A stretch of 63,437 bases of DNA, filler included, from Phoronis australis (lineage: Eukaryota; Animalia; Phoronida), in NCBI GenBank assembly GCA_002633005.1. It is 6 parts of 6 records of this genome, joined end to end, with 100 filler letters (N's around TTAATTAATTAA, not from the genome) between each part and the next. Parts side by side here need not be neighbours in the genome. Positions count along the whole stretch, not along the records: positions 1 to 3,176 come from NMRA01003168.1; positions 3,277 to 29,871 come from NMRA01000703.1; 4 more parts are not named here. The stretch is one strand, 5' to 3'. A program made the translations under genes and the position numbers. Below are positions 1 to 12,080 of the stretch, piece by piece. The notes under the pieces were generated by a model that saw nothing but the letters and a program-made list of their open reading frames with translations, had not been told where the DNA came from and did no database searches. Each line of letters opens with the position of its first letter. Position 1 is the first letter of the stretch.

Positions 1-59
1 TAATTCTACACGTCACATTCAAGTGGAATTCAAGGAAAAAACAATGCAACTAAACTCAC

Positions 60-210
60 TGAACATTGAGTGACTTTGTTTTCTTTGATGGCAGATCGAC
101 GTCAGACTCTGGGGTTCGGGGTCTCTTTCTGGAGCTAGCCTGGCGCTTGAAGTCGCTAAAAGTCATAATTCTGTACAGGTCGCCTTGGCCTTTTGCTAGC
201 TGCTTCAGTA
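60..210 (-). CDS. PARN: Poly(A)-specific ribonuclease PARN, internal exon (end of RRM and basic region)
   Basis: Acceptor tttcag and donor GTGAGT. Translates VLKQLAKGQGDLYRIMTFSDFKRQASSRKRPRTPESD, matching the PARN pattern ..YRIQTYAEY..KRKW. Phase-compatible with exon 1727-1801. Confidence 0.8.
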
Positions 211-1559
211 CTGAAATGATAATGCACTGCGACATCAATCAACTTCATTTTACTTTTTGCTAAGCTCATATTAGGTTGCTGTCTCACTGTCCCAAAGCAA
301 TTACGTCACTTTACCAGAGATTTTTGCTGGTAACTTATATCTGACATCATGACTTCAAGCATTATTACAATGGACTTTGAGAAAAATATATTAAAAGCTT
401 CTAATAGGAAATTTTGCTCTAGTTCGTGTCTGTTTTGTCCATGAAAATACCTTACAAGAATAAATTCTGAAAACATCTTCTTGAACTTGAACGTACGCCT
501 TTTCAGCTTCATTTTTAATCTGAATTCAACACATGCTCTGCCCTCTATTGATGACAAAGTAAACCAGAACCCCCTGGTGGGAGGATTCAGAACTGAGTAT
601 GGAATAGACTATGAACCACAAACAACAGTATCCATGGTTTCTTGTTATCTATGTCATTGACAAGCACCAACACAACGCCCTCAAGTGGAAGAATCAAAAC
701 CTCAATCTATGGTCAATGTCCAGTATTGTACGGCTCTAAAAAACCTTTGTTCCAAACAGTATCTATCAGAACTTGTTTTATACTTTTAGCTACAAATGCA
801 ACACAGGAAGAAGCGCATCAGTTTCAACACTCCAGAAGGTATAAAAACAACACTCGTATGTCTTCAATATCATGGAAAACTGAAAACTCACAAAAACTTC
901 AATAACAACTCACATCCTTGCAGATATACAATGTACGACAAGATAATCACCACCAACATAAATTACAGGGTTACTAGAAACCTTTCTCTTTCACAAATCC
1001 CAGTTATACCCAGTGATAGGTTAAGTTTTAACACTTACATAGTACCAAGTACTGCTTTTTCATGCCTGACGTTAGAGAACGAAATGAATTAGTTATAATG
1101 AGGAAAGGAATGTGGTGCAGAAAAGAGAATAATAATATAATGCAGAGCTTGTGAGGCAAGAATTGTGTTGATGAATAAGTAACATAATGGAAGCACTCAG
1201 GCAACCTGATGTATGAGGAAGGAATATTGTCCACAGTGAGAATCAAGTGACTTCTGTTCTGATCACAGTTCAGTGCTCACCTGTTATGATCGTAGTCCAA
1301 TATTCATGGGTACTAAACACCTTGTGCCCATATAGTCAAACCACATTAATTGTGCGCATACAGCAGTGTTTGTGCACGTACAGTCAAATCACACCTTGAC
1401 AAACCTCCTAAGCCTTTCTAAAATGTTTATGGGAACCGAAAATCGCTTAACTAAATCAATACAGTAGAGTTGACTTGTGAAATGGAGGGTTTTAAGGAAG
1501 AGAACGTTGCACATCAGACATGATGTAACACGGTTCAACCTTACCTGCACAGGTACTAA

Positions 1560-1653
1560 TCACTTACAGGGGTCCCACAATTTGAGAACCAGTTTTCTTC
1601 ACTGAACAACAGGCATCAAACTGGTTCTCAAAATCCGGGACCCTTGTAAGTGA
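1560..1653. repeat. Near-perfect inverted repeat (about 36-bp arms) in a PARN intron; small MITE or hairpin
   Basis: tcacttacaggggtcccacaatttgagaaccagttt ... aaactggttctcaaaatccgggacccttgtaagtga. Confidence 0.75.
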
Positions 1654-1726
1654 CTATTGCTCCTAAAGCGACGCAAACCAGTCACACAGTGTAACCGGTG
1701 AAATGTTTAGAACACGCATTTAGTAC

Positions 1727-1801
1727 CTGATGGGGCCTCTTCTTTCTTGTGTAACACAATAAAAGCTGATGTCTCATCTATCCAACACACTTGAACAGTA
1801 C
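1727..1801 (-). CDS. PARN: PARN internal exon (RRM, WIDxTSAF motif)
   Basis: 75-nt phase 1-1 exon, GTVQVCWIDETSAFIVLHKKEEAPS, compared with GNIQISWIDDTSAFVSL in vertebrate PARN. Canonical AG/GT boundaries. Confidence 0.9.
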
Positions 1802-2209
1802 CTGGAAGTAAGGAACAAAAATCTAAAAATGACATATTAATAATACTTTTCATAATAATAAACTAATTTTGAACATGATTCTCTTATAGATAAAAGCGAA
1901 GTACAACATTACATACCCATAAGAGAGCTATCATTTTTTGACTAGCTCATAACGTAGAATTGTTGTGAGGACTTGACAGAGACCTCAGGGGTCTCACACT
2001 CCACTGATTTATCCACATTATTTTGAAAACGCTTTGCCCAGTCACACATTGTGTGTCATAAAAGAGATAAGCACACCTGCAGCTGATGCAGCAAGTAGAA
2101 CTGGCTCTCGTTTATCACATTGGTTTAGACTCACAGTTAAACTGTGGTTTTCTTTTGACCCCAGACCGTCCGGAGTTGCACCATATACCAACTCCGGACA
2201 GTCTCTCAC

Positions 2210-2315
2210 GACGATTTAGCGTTATGAAAGACCTTACTCAAGGGTCGAGCAGTGTGGTCAAGTACGATTTGAACCCGTGATCTTGAACCTGCCATTACGG
2301 TACATTAACACCACA
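2210..2315 (-). mobile_element. tRNA-derived SINE remnant
   Basis: Minus strand has a B-box-like GGTTCAAATC followed by cccttgagtaagg, resembling the common SINE ccttgagcaagg motif. Confidence 0.35.
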
Positions 2316-2811
2316 TGTTATCCTATCGAGCATAATCGAAGACTACAAGCCAACAGGGACAAGATTTGCAACAGGCCTAACTAGCATTCTGCAATACTTA
2401 TGAACTTTCATCTCGATATCGTAAAAAACTAAAAGATTTAAATTGTCAACATCCATATTTTTGACAGGTAGCTTCATATAACTGAATTTACTGGAGATTG
2501 GTGTTTTATTTTTAACTGAGAGCAAAGTCCAAAATCAAACACGAAGAATTTTAATAGTATAAATAAATCAGAGAAGCAAAGCTAAAATACAATCCCGTTA
2601 CTTTTAAAATTCAACAGTAATGCCTCCCTAAAGCAGAATTTGTTTAATAAGATTTAACATTCATTCAATTTGGAACTGTTTTTAATGAAATTCGCACCAA
2701 CGCACCAATTGAAATTTGACAGTTCAGAACATTTTGCTATTAATGTGCTGATAATCGTCAAAACAGAAATGACACGAAAAAGTTAAACCAAGCCATAGTT
2801 AAACAAAGGCC

Positions 2812-3018
2812 CAGGTAACTGCTGCAGTTAACTGCAACAATTATCTGCTACAGGTAACTATAACAATTATGTGCTACAGGTAACTGCTACAGGTAACTGC
2901 AACAATTATCTGCTACAGGTAACTGCAACGATTATCTGCTACAGGTAACTGTTACCGATTATCTGCTACAGGTAACTGCTACAGGTAACTGCAACAATTA
3001 TCTGCTACAGGTAACTGT
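2812..3018. repeat. Minisatellite (core ctgctacaggtaa, with about 13- and 27-bp variants)
   Basis: Direct repeats of tgctacaggtaactg(caacaattatc). Confidence 0.9.
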
Positions 3019-3075
3019 GACAGCCAAATGCTATTTTTTCATCAGTCATCAAAGCTATTGAGTATGTTGCCTTAC

Positions 3076-3162
3076 CAAATGGATTGAAGAGCAGAAATAA
3101 GTCAGATATCTTCCACGATGCTGGGAAACTAATGTGGAACACATGGTCTCTGCTAGGCTGCA
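3076..3162 (-). CDS. PARN: PARN internal exon (start of RRM)
   Basis: 87-nt phase 1-1 exon, QPSRDHVFHISFPASWKISDLFLLFNPF, compared with [28 protein letters not shown]. Boundaries ctttcag / GTAAGG. Upstream nuclease exons are cut off by the contig spacer. Confidence 0.9.
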
Positions 3163-3176
3163 CTGAAAGCACATCA

Positions 3177-3276
3177 NNNNNNNNNNNNNNNNNNNNNNNN
3201 NNNNNNNNNNNNNNNNNNNNTTAATTAATTAANNNNNNNNNNNNNNNNNNNNNNNNNNNNNNNNNNNNNNNNNNNN
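3177..3276. other. Artificial contig spacer N44-TTAATTAATTAA-N44
   Basis: 100-bp spacer with stop codons in all six frames, identical at five places in the window. Confidence 0.95.
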
Positions 3277-5749
3277 TCCCACAGCACTTCCACGCACCAG
3301 CAGTGCTGCATGGCACAATGTGCAAGTCAGTGGCCCTGGATAAATGTGAATCGCAGTACTAAGTTACCATAAGACAATGTGCCAGTGGAGTGTCTGTGAA
3401 TCCAGACGAACTATATCTGACTGCTACACAAATAAGCCTTGTTGGTGAGGATGCCCTTTCATAGGCAATGAGTTAAGTGGGGACAATAGCTTATTTCCTT
3501 TCCTGCAAGAAACATGAGGGACTGAAGCTAAAATAGACCTAGTCACACTCTGGTCTAGTTCAGAGTCTGATTTTGGGCTCAAAACGATTCAAGTGATATG
3601 CTACTGTGTTTACCTTCAAGGGTCTAATTGTGGATGTTATTTAGGATGAATAAGGTTACATGAAAGAAAGACACGTGTTGAAACTGCACCTTTTTTACAA
3701 GCACTTCTATAGGCCATTGAAACTAGAACCCAGTGAAATGAAAGACAAAAGCTGAGTCACATTTTAATGTCCTTTCAGAAGAAAGGCTTTATACTATTGG
3801 TAAAAACTTTTCAATTTGGTACAGATTATGGGGAAATGATATTCAGCGACTGCATCGATTGTCTTATTGTATGTTTTCAATTGTAGCTAGCTGGATAAGA
3901 ATCTGCTATGCACAAGATTCGAGAATAAACAATTATCAGTGTATTTAAAAACAAATGGCAAACTGAAAAAGCACAGAAAGAAACAACATTGTGAGGGAGT
4001 CCATAATCAGGCATATCAGGTGCTGAATTTCTGAATTACGTTCAATTCTCTCAGGTTATTGCTGAAGGATTGCTTTTCACTTTGTCCAATGGTGAAATAG
4101 ATGGTCAGGCGGTTGGTTTCAGTTGTTTTTTCTTGCCTGTAACAGAATAGAAATATTAGCAAATTGTAAAAGAAAAGACAAGACAAAACTACTTTTGTAA
4201 GGCAGAACATACTTGACATTTCATCTTCATGTTTATGTGTAGAAACTAATAACCTTTGTACCCAAGTCTTATTTAATATCTGAATTAAAACATGTGAAAC
4301 AGGCTAAAAGTAATTTAACAATGTGTATTTTTCATGACACTTAAAATGTGCTTCTGATCTCAACAAGTAAAATTCATTCTAGGTTTCAATTTTTTTCCAA
4401 GGCAATGTTACGACATTTACTGAATTAAGGCTTATTCATGTTAATTCGATAACTGAGCTGGTGGTCCTGGGGGTGGGGTCCATGATAAAATAAGGAAACT
4501 CAGTCATCTAGAGAATTTTATTGGAAACAGCATAGTTTTGAAGAGAAACTGCTGTGAAGAAGTCACTCTTGACTTCTGTGCATCACGTACCATACACCTC
4601 TTATTTTTGGGAGCACTCCCACCCAGGACAATATGAATGATATTTGCTGCTAGCCTACCCGGCATCGGGTGAGTTTCCAAAAAGAAACACTTAGTTCCAC
4701 TCAATAAAACTGTTATTCAGTGGGGTAACTGGTGGGGATAAAATCACCGAACGATGTTGATAGAAACTGATTGCTAAAAACTTACCAAGTAATGTTGTGT
4801 AGTCTCCGAATGGAACTGCATCGTCATAGAGCACACACGGGGCTTCAGCATCCACACACTTTTTGTCAGTTAGTTGACCCTGTTGACCGCAATTGTCCAC
4901 GAATATAGTAACCTTAGGTCTTTTGGGAATTTGTGGCCACCTGTCGAAGACTTGCACCAGGGAAATTGGCAGTAATAAGGCTTAGCGCGACGACGTATTT
5001 TGATAAAAATTCAATCTTTTACCATTTGTTTACATGCAGACAGCCACGCATGCGCAATTCAATCACCACTAGTACAGCAGCGACACCGCGAGGAGAATTC
5101 TCCGAATAGCCCCATTTTGACCGGGAGAGAAGTTCAGTTGAACGCCAGCTTACGGTTTATGAATAACAAAAATGTACCTCTGATACGAAACAAAATTATG
5201 CCCATTAGGTTGAAATAAATAAAAAAAACGTAAAATAAAAATGTCCTTAAAAACAACAATTTCCGGGGACTACCGCTAGTGCTGAGATCCAGCAGGTGCC
5301 GAGACAAAGGCGGCCAGACGTAGCCAACTGGGGAGTCGAAATCTGAGATAGCCCTGCACCATAGCCACCAAGCTGAAAAGTGCGTATCTTGGAACTAATA
5401 TATATGTGTATATTATAGCCTTCGAGTTATCGCTAAGTTCAGCTGCTCGTGTGGCCGTACAGTTTGATCATAGTTTAGGCTTTTCAACATCATTTTTCGG
5501 CTTAGGACATGCCAAAAATGACGGGATATTATTCTGGAGCAGCATAACGGCTGTCGAGGCTACACACGTCATATCAACACCGTTTCCCCATTCTTAGAGG
5601 ACAATTTCTTGAGCTACAGACTAAAGTAAGTTTTACTCGACTGCGTGTGGTTTGTCGGGTAAAATGGCGGCTTGGAAACGCAGACGAAGGTGTGCCAAGA
5701 ATGCTGCGTTCTGATTGGTCAATTAAGCCGTCCGTCATAATCCTGGCGA

Positions 5750-6270
5750 TAGGTCAATTGCACGATGTTCAGCGTCATTGTACATGGCACAACAGGTAGA
5801 TGCCAGACAATTTCAGTGGAGGCGCGGGTGCACCTGCCAGATGATTATCAAAAAGGGCTAAAATTGAGCTAGATCAACCCAAGAGTGAGGTAACCGCTTA
5901 AAACCAGTTGCAAAATATTCAGCGTAAGCCCAGGTATCACGAGTAAACACTGCCAGACAAATCTGGTGGTGATTGCCCCGCCAGATACGCCTATGAGTTG
6001 AGCCAGATCAACCCAAGAGGTAATCGCATGAAAGTAGTTGCAAAATATTCGTCGCAAGCCCAGGTATCAAGAATAAATACTGCCAGACAAGTCTACTGGT
6101 GGGTTATCCCCGCCAGACACGCCCAAGTACCTGAGTCGTTGAGCTATAGACCAACCCACCAGGTAACCGTTTGAAACCAATTGCACGATGTTCAGCATCA
6201 CTGCACGTGGCACAAAAGTAAGATGCCAAACAATTTCAATGGTGTGGTGCCCCCGTCAGACAAATTATAA
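5750..6270. repeat. Degenerate tandem repeat, unit about 135-140 bp, about 4 copies
   Basis: gc(t/c)agatcaacccaagag recurs near 5868, 6002 and 6143; caattgcacgatgttcagc recurs near 5755 and 6178. Confidence 0.75.
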
Positions 6271-6712
6271 AGAGTCGAAACAAAATTGATTATAAGCCCA
6301 TTCACGCAGAATAAGCATCACATTGAGGAACCAGGCACTTCGATTTTTAATAAAGCCAGTGAGTCCGTACGACATAAGTCACCCCACAAGGTGAGAGATT
6401 TTTGTCCGCAAATTTACGTCAGGGCATGAAAAAACAGAAATATCGCACCTGATACACTATTAAAAACAAAACATCGCGTCTGAGGTTGGAGCGACCTCAC
6501 AAGTTTATGCTACAACAGCGAAATAGTCCATATGATACACTATTAAAAACAACCTAAAATCCCTCCGTGAGGGATGGCACAAATTGTGTTTGCACGAATT
6601 TCCATTTTTCGTTTTCCTATTTTACCAGTCTAAACAACTGCTAAAACGAGGAATAATCGAAATGCCGTCTTTTGCTGTCGTCTGCATTATGTATGCGCGC
6701 CAACTTCCATCG

Positions 6713-7988
6713 TTACTCTGCGCGTGTAAACGCAGAGTACTGTTGTTCCTGGGTTTTCTTCAATTTTATTCTCATTACTCTGCGCGTGTAAGCGCAGAGT
6801 ACTGTTGTTCCTGGGTTTTCTTCAATTTTATTACTCTGCGCGTGTAAGCGCAGAGTACTGTTGTTCCTGGGTTTTCTTCAATTTTATTCTCATTCTTCTT
6901 ATTCTTCTTCCGACCAAATTTGAGGCTTAATAACTCCAAGTACGGCCTTTAAATTCAGCATATGACTTTTGACAGTATATATATTTTGATTGGTTATATA
7001 ATTATATTCCATATTGCACCGGAAGAGGTCGTTTGGTGCAAAGGTCGTATAATTTTCAAAATGCTACTCCTTCAGTTTTAAAGCTATCTTTTTCAAATTC
7101 GGTGCACAGGTATAAGTCTACTTGACAATTTAGAAAATTACTTCATCCAATCAGGTGAAATAGGTCAAAGGTCATTAGGTGCAAACTAAAATTTTGAGCT
7201 AGACACTTCCAATTGACAGGTCTGATTGGCCCAGGTAAATCAAATCGGAATCCAGTTTCAGGTCATTTAGTGCAAACATGGGGGCATTAGGTGCATTAGT
7301 CATCTGTGATTCTCAGCGTTAAACACATTTTCCATGGGCTTTGCAATAATTCTCGTAAAGATGCTTAAAATGCACCGGATAAGGTCAATTAAGGCAAAGG
7401 TCATGTAACGTTCAAAATGTTATATCTCTTACGTTTTTCAAGGAATTCTTTTCAATTTCAGCACACTGGGGTAAGTCAACATGCCAATTGAACACCCTAC
7501 TTTAATACGAAATAGGCATAACCAATCAGAAAAAATAGGTCAAAGGTCATTCAGTGCAAACTAAAATTTTGAGCTAGAGACTTCAGAATTACGTATCTGT
7601 TTACTAAGTGCGATTGAGTTTGCATTCTAAATTTTCAGGTCATTTGGTGCACCCATGGGGTCATTAGGTGCATTTTTCTTCTGAAAGTGACCACTTCATT
7701 CATCTTGTATTCTGAAGTGCTGAAAGTAAAACATCTGTGATTATTAGCATTAACCACACTTTTAATCGAGTTAACAATTACTCCCTCATCGGGGCTTATA
7801 ATGCACTGGAAGAGGTCAATTAGTGGAAAGGTCATCAAAAATTTAATATGTAATTTCTCCCACAATTTTAAAGAATTCCTTTTCATATTGGTAAACGGGT
7901 TGCTGTCAGTAACTTCCCATAATAATTCCAGTAATACGCGCGCGTAGAGTCCGTTATTGTCACGCCGTGACAATAATCTTTCTAGTTT
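6713..7988 (+). mobile_element. Non-autonomous Helentron-associated (HINE/DINE-1-like) element, copy 1
   Basis: Starts with TT. 5' hairpin ACTCTGCGC-GTGTAA-GCGCAGAGT, then an (ATTCTT)n microsatellite and internal AGGTCA-rich subrepeats. 3' end has subTIR CGCGTAGAGT, palindrome TTATTGTCAC-GCC-GTGACAATAA (7954-7976) and terminal CTAGTTT. A second copy at 48661-51843 has the same ends. Confidence 0.75.
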
Positions 7989-8044
7989 TACACAGTGACT
8001 AATGGCAAATTTGGGAAAACTGATCAGTTTTGGACAGTCTTTAT

Positions 8045-8470
8045 ATGTAAATATCATCTTTCTCAGTAAGGTGTGGAATATGTTGCAAGTAGTTTATCCC
8101 GTTCAACCCGCCATCTTTTTGATCACATCACGTGACCTAATGTATATAAGTCCGAAAAGATATCTGCTCCCGATCAGGACTCGAACCCAGGACCTTCTGC
8201 TAACTGTGCAGACGCTCTAGCCACTGAGCCATCGTGACCACTGGTCAGACACAGAAATCGGACTTAGTGGTGGGCATCTTGCCCATGATCTCTATTGTGT
8301 ATGTAAATATCTTTTTCAGTGAGGCCTGCAATATGTTGCAAGTAGTTTATCCCGTTCAGAAGGTCTTGGGTTCGAGTCCCGGTCGGGGGCAGAAATCTTT
8401 TCGGACTTATATACATTAGGTCACATGATGTGATCAAAAAGATGGCGGATTGAACGGGATAAACTACAGT
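8045..8470. repeat. tRNA-derived repeat with direct plus inverted duplication
   Basis: 8088-8198 is inverted at 8358-8468; 8045-8106 is directly repeated at about 8301-8358; a tRNA-like segment lies at 8166-8239 (minus). Confidence 0.75.
8166..8239 (-). pseudogene. tRNA-like sequence (Thr-AGT-like), probably a SINE head or pseudogene
   Basis: GGTCACGA-TGGCTCAGTGG (A box) ... TCTGC-ACAGTTA-GCAGA (anticodon arm) ... GGTTCGAGTCC (B box). Acceptor stem pairs only 5 of 7. Confidence 0.55.
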
Positions 8471-9609
8471 CAACATCTTTCTCATAAACAAGCCCACAGA
8501 AAACTCCACAAGACCAATGACGTCAGTAGCTATATCAACATTTTTCCCGACAATGCTAGAAGTATTTTTTGCCCTGAACCACCCAAACTACGCCAGATGG
8601 GGAACATTGTTGGAATAACGAGTCCTGATAGTTTTTCAGTTTAGTTCAGAGATTGACAATCATTTCATTTGCACGACACATATATGCAGGCAATGGAACT
8701 GTGCGCTTTTTGTCTTCATAGTGAATATAAAACACGTTCAAATTAATTATTTATAGACGTTGATGGTGCTCAATCATCGTGGCCCCGGGCATCAACATTG
8801 GGGGAGGGGGTATCCAACGACTATCTATAATCTTTTTGGAATTCGTGACTGTTGCTTTTCATTTGAATCAAATAATGATTCTTGTTTATGTTTCACCTTT
8901 TTACTTTTATTATTAATAGTTACAGCCAGGGGATACGGGAAGGGGGGTTCGATCGAACCCCTCACGTGGTGGCAGCATCAAAGGATAACACGGGAATCTA
9001 AAAGCGAATGTCTGTATCTACTGTAGGCATAGATGTCTAGCCGTATGACCTAAGTACGCCATGTAGCAACGAGTGAGCTTCCAAAAACTAGTGCTATGTG
9101 AATGCCTTACAATTGGCCAAGAAACAAAACAGCGGAAATTTGGGATTTGTTACTCTGCTATTTTGGTTTACTTTGCTTGCATAGTAAGGTAAAGTGTAGG
9201 CATTTTCAAATTTTGAATTGAAAGTGATCGTCAAATATACAAATGTGGTGCTCAACCAGTGTCCACTCTGATTGTGGATTGACATGGATGCGTGCACAAT
9301 ATAGGCAGTCCTCTGTCGTGCTCAAAAACCAGACATTCTAGTGTCGTGTTTTCATGCACTGAGAAAACCCCGTCAAGCATTTTCACTTTATTAGGGAAAA
9401 GAAGGCCTAGACCTCAACTTTAGTCAATGAAAAAAGTCTTCTCTTGTCAACCAGTTTCCATGGTGCACAGCCCCGCACACTTCATACGAGCAACAAACTT
9501 GATGGAAAAGATTTCCAAGGTTATATGCCATGTCACTACATGTATGCCGAAGCTCCACTACTCTGAAAGCTCACTGTGACTCCGAAGGTTCGCAACCTTC
9601 GAAAATTCT

Positions 9610-10239
9610 CGAAGTATTATCCAAGAAAAAAGACACGGAGAAAGTGCCACACAGGAAAAACTGCAAGTAGGCCTACAACAGACTCGAACTCACGACCTGG
9701 TGGATAGAGCGGGCGTACATAACCACTGCACCACCACGACCACGATTTAACTCCTCATTTGATACTAAGAGACCTACTTGTTTGTGCTCCACAGCGTTTG
9801 CGCGCGAAACCTTCTTTTTGTAATGCTCATTACATGTTTTATATTTTGTGCCATCAGTTCGTAACAAATTTGTTGTATTTAAAATAGTATTCAATTGCCC
9901 AAAAGACCAAATCCTTTTTTGTGTTGGCAATAATGACACGATTGCTTTGGAAATCGGTTTGACAAATAGAGAATTATGAGTTTCTTTGTGATTTACTAAG
10001 GCTTCGATTAGAATTGACATCTTACCAGCAGCTTCTGTTTTTTCATCATCACTCAGATTCCATTTTCTTTAAAAAATGAAGTAATTTTCTACATTGCACG
10101 GTGGAGCAGACGACGGAAACGGAGTCGTAGTGCCCAGCGCCACTGCCGGTCGCCTGGGATATCGCGGGAGAACCCATACTTAGCCATAGTTCCGTTACGA
10201 TTGCGCCGTGTTCCGAATTTGACACTTGAAATTGGATCT
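9610..10239 (-). mobile_element. Dispersed repeat with an internal tRNA-like Pol III promoter, copy 1
   Basis: Highly similar to 61094-61643. Minus-strand A box TGGTGCAGTGG and B box GTTCGAGTC at about 9672-9743. Confidence 0.75.
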
Positions 10240-11409
10240 TAATTGGGCGAAAGCAGAAAAGTAACGTCGAAGTCGCCATTTTGGAGGTGGTCTTTCTTAT
10301 CGACAAATGTCTTAAATTTCAGGTTGCTACTTTTTGAAGAGGAAAAGGTGAACAGAGGACAGGGCCGTAGGAAGCGGGGGGGGNGGCACGGCCCCCCAAA
10401 AAATTATTCAGGCACCTCTCTGGCAAGGGATAACGAAGACAACTGTCGCTTTAATCTCGAATTGTATATCACTTGACAAAAATTGATGATCTGACATTTC
10501 TTGATTTTTCAAAATATAGCTATTTTCATATGGAGGGGCCCCATCATTGAAGGAGGCCATTGATGATATTCAAGTGGCCACCCTTTTTATGTTTTTATTG
10601 ATCAATTCTTAAGAGTCCACTCACGGATAGAGGGCCCAAAGTTGGACTCGAGTACGTCTAGTTTCCTATTTTTTGTGAAATCGTGCAACCGACTTTCATG
10701 TTGAGGAAGGTCACTTCCTGTACCGTATTGTGACCACACGACGGTGGAAAGAACTGTCACTATTTTCCAAGCTTAATGATGCTTAGCCTTTCATAATTGA
10801 GGTGTCCCATTTCAGACAGTACCCTTTCTCGGTGGAGCAGTTCGGAGAAAGGTCCCTTGACCCTCTATACATGTAAATCCGACACTGCCAAGTATTCACG
10901 AGGGAAGTTGAGATTCCAAATTCATCAAAAACATATGATTCGTGCAAAGCATAAACCCAAACAACCAAAAAATAGGATTGACCGCCATCGAAAGGATGGA
11001 ATTTTGAAGAACTTCAAGACCGCTATTTGTTAATTACACAAAAAGGGCCCTTTCCGATGGTTAGTTATAAAATAATTTTACTGTTTCCCACAGTATCACA
11101 AGAATAGTCTCTCTTTAGAAAATGGTTACTCTGAGTTGTTGATAAGGATTTCCCATGTGTATAAAACACTTCTGTCGAGGCTACCATTGGGGTGACCGTG
11201 TACATGTCGAATGAGTGTACTCAAATACTCGCAATAATAAACAAATATTTCAGCTTTTTTGAGCTCAAGTTCAACTTGTGAACCGTTGTAGGTACCTCGG
11301 AAATGACCAAAAATACGCCTTACGTCCAATCTCCCATTTTCCCCTGGTTACCCGTCAAAAATCTTCGAGCATGGGGAAATGCTTATAACATTCCGTTTTG
11401 ATCAACAAA

Positions 11410-12080
11410 TTCGTTGGTTTCTGATATACAAGTTTGTGTATCTACGAAAACCGACAGGTTAATAGTGGATTGTTGGCAATTACAAGCTAATCTTGTAAGA
11501 AATGATTACGATCCAGGGAATTAAGTTGAAGCCTGAATAGGAAAAAACTCTATAATCCGATCCCTAAATAGAAAAGTGCACTTGGACGCTTTTTGCCTAT
11601 CTAAAACAAACTCTCAAAGACATGAAATTTGGACACTTCCCAAACAAATGCATTGCTTTTTAAATTCGGTACAAGATTTGTTGTTTAAACTCACTAACAG
11701 GGGATCAAAAAGGAATTAAGTCATTAAATCAAGGTAAATGGATTTGATTGTTGGTTTCTGATTTACATGTTTATGTATTTATGAAAATGGATTGATTGAG
11801 AGGTGATTTTTTGACAATTAGAAGCTAATCTTGTAAGAAATGACAATGCTTCAATGAACTTGCAGGCCAACTTTGGGAGAATTCGATATCAGATCCCCAA
11901 ATATAAAAGTACACTAAACGAGTTCTATCTATCCGAAATAAGTCTCAAGGAAACTGATGAATTTCGGTCAGCTCTACAAAGTGTCCCAGAATGTTCTTAC
12001 AATTCAAATGACAATAATTTTTTATTGGCTTAGGAACTAGATGTACTGGGTTTAGTTGTACAAACCGCAGATTTAAAGAG
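11410..12080. repeat. Diverged tandem duplication, period about 337 bp
   Basis: gttggtttctgat...aagctaatcttgtaagaaatga...atccc(t/c)aaata occurs near 11413 and again near 11750. Confidence 0.7.

Noticed and set aside
453-520. Candidate extra PARN exon (IKNEAEKAYVQVQEDVFRIYS)
   Set aside because: Exon 1727-1801 joins 60-210 in frame and matches PARN spacing without it.
1163-1268. C/D-box snoRNA-like layout (TGATGA...CTGA...CTGA with a short terminal stem)
   Set aside because: It is antisense to the host PARN intron, I recognise no rRNA-complementary guide, and such short boxes occur by chance.
5508-5630. THAP-like HRFP after MPKMTG on the plus strand
   Set aside because: In-frame stop and no Cys pair; too little signal.
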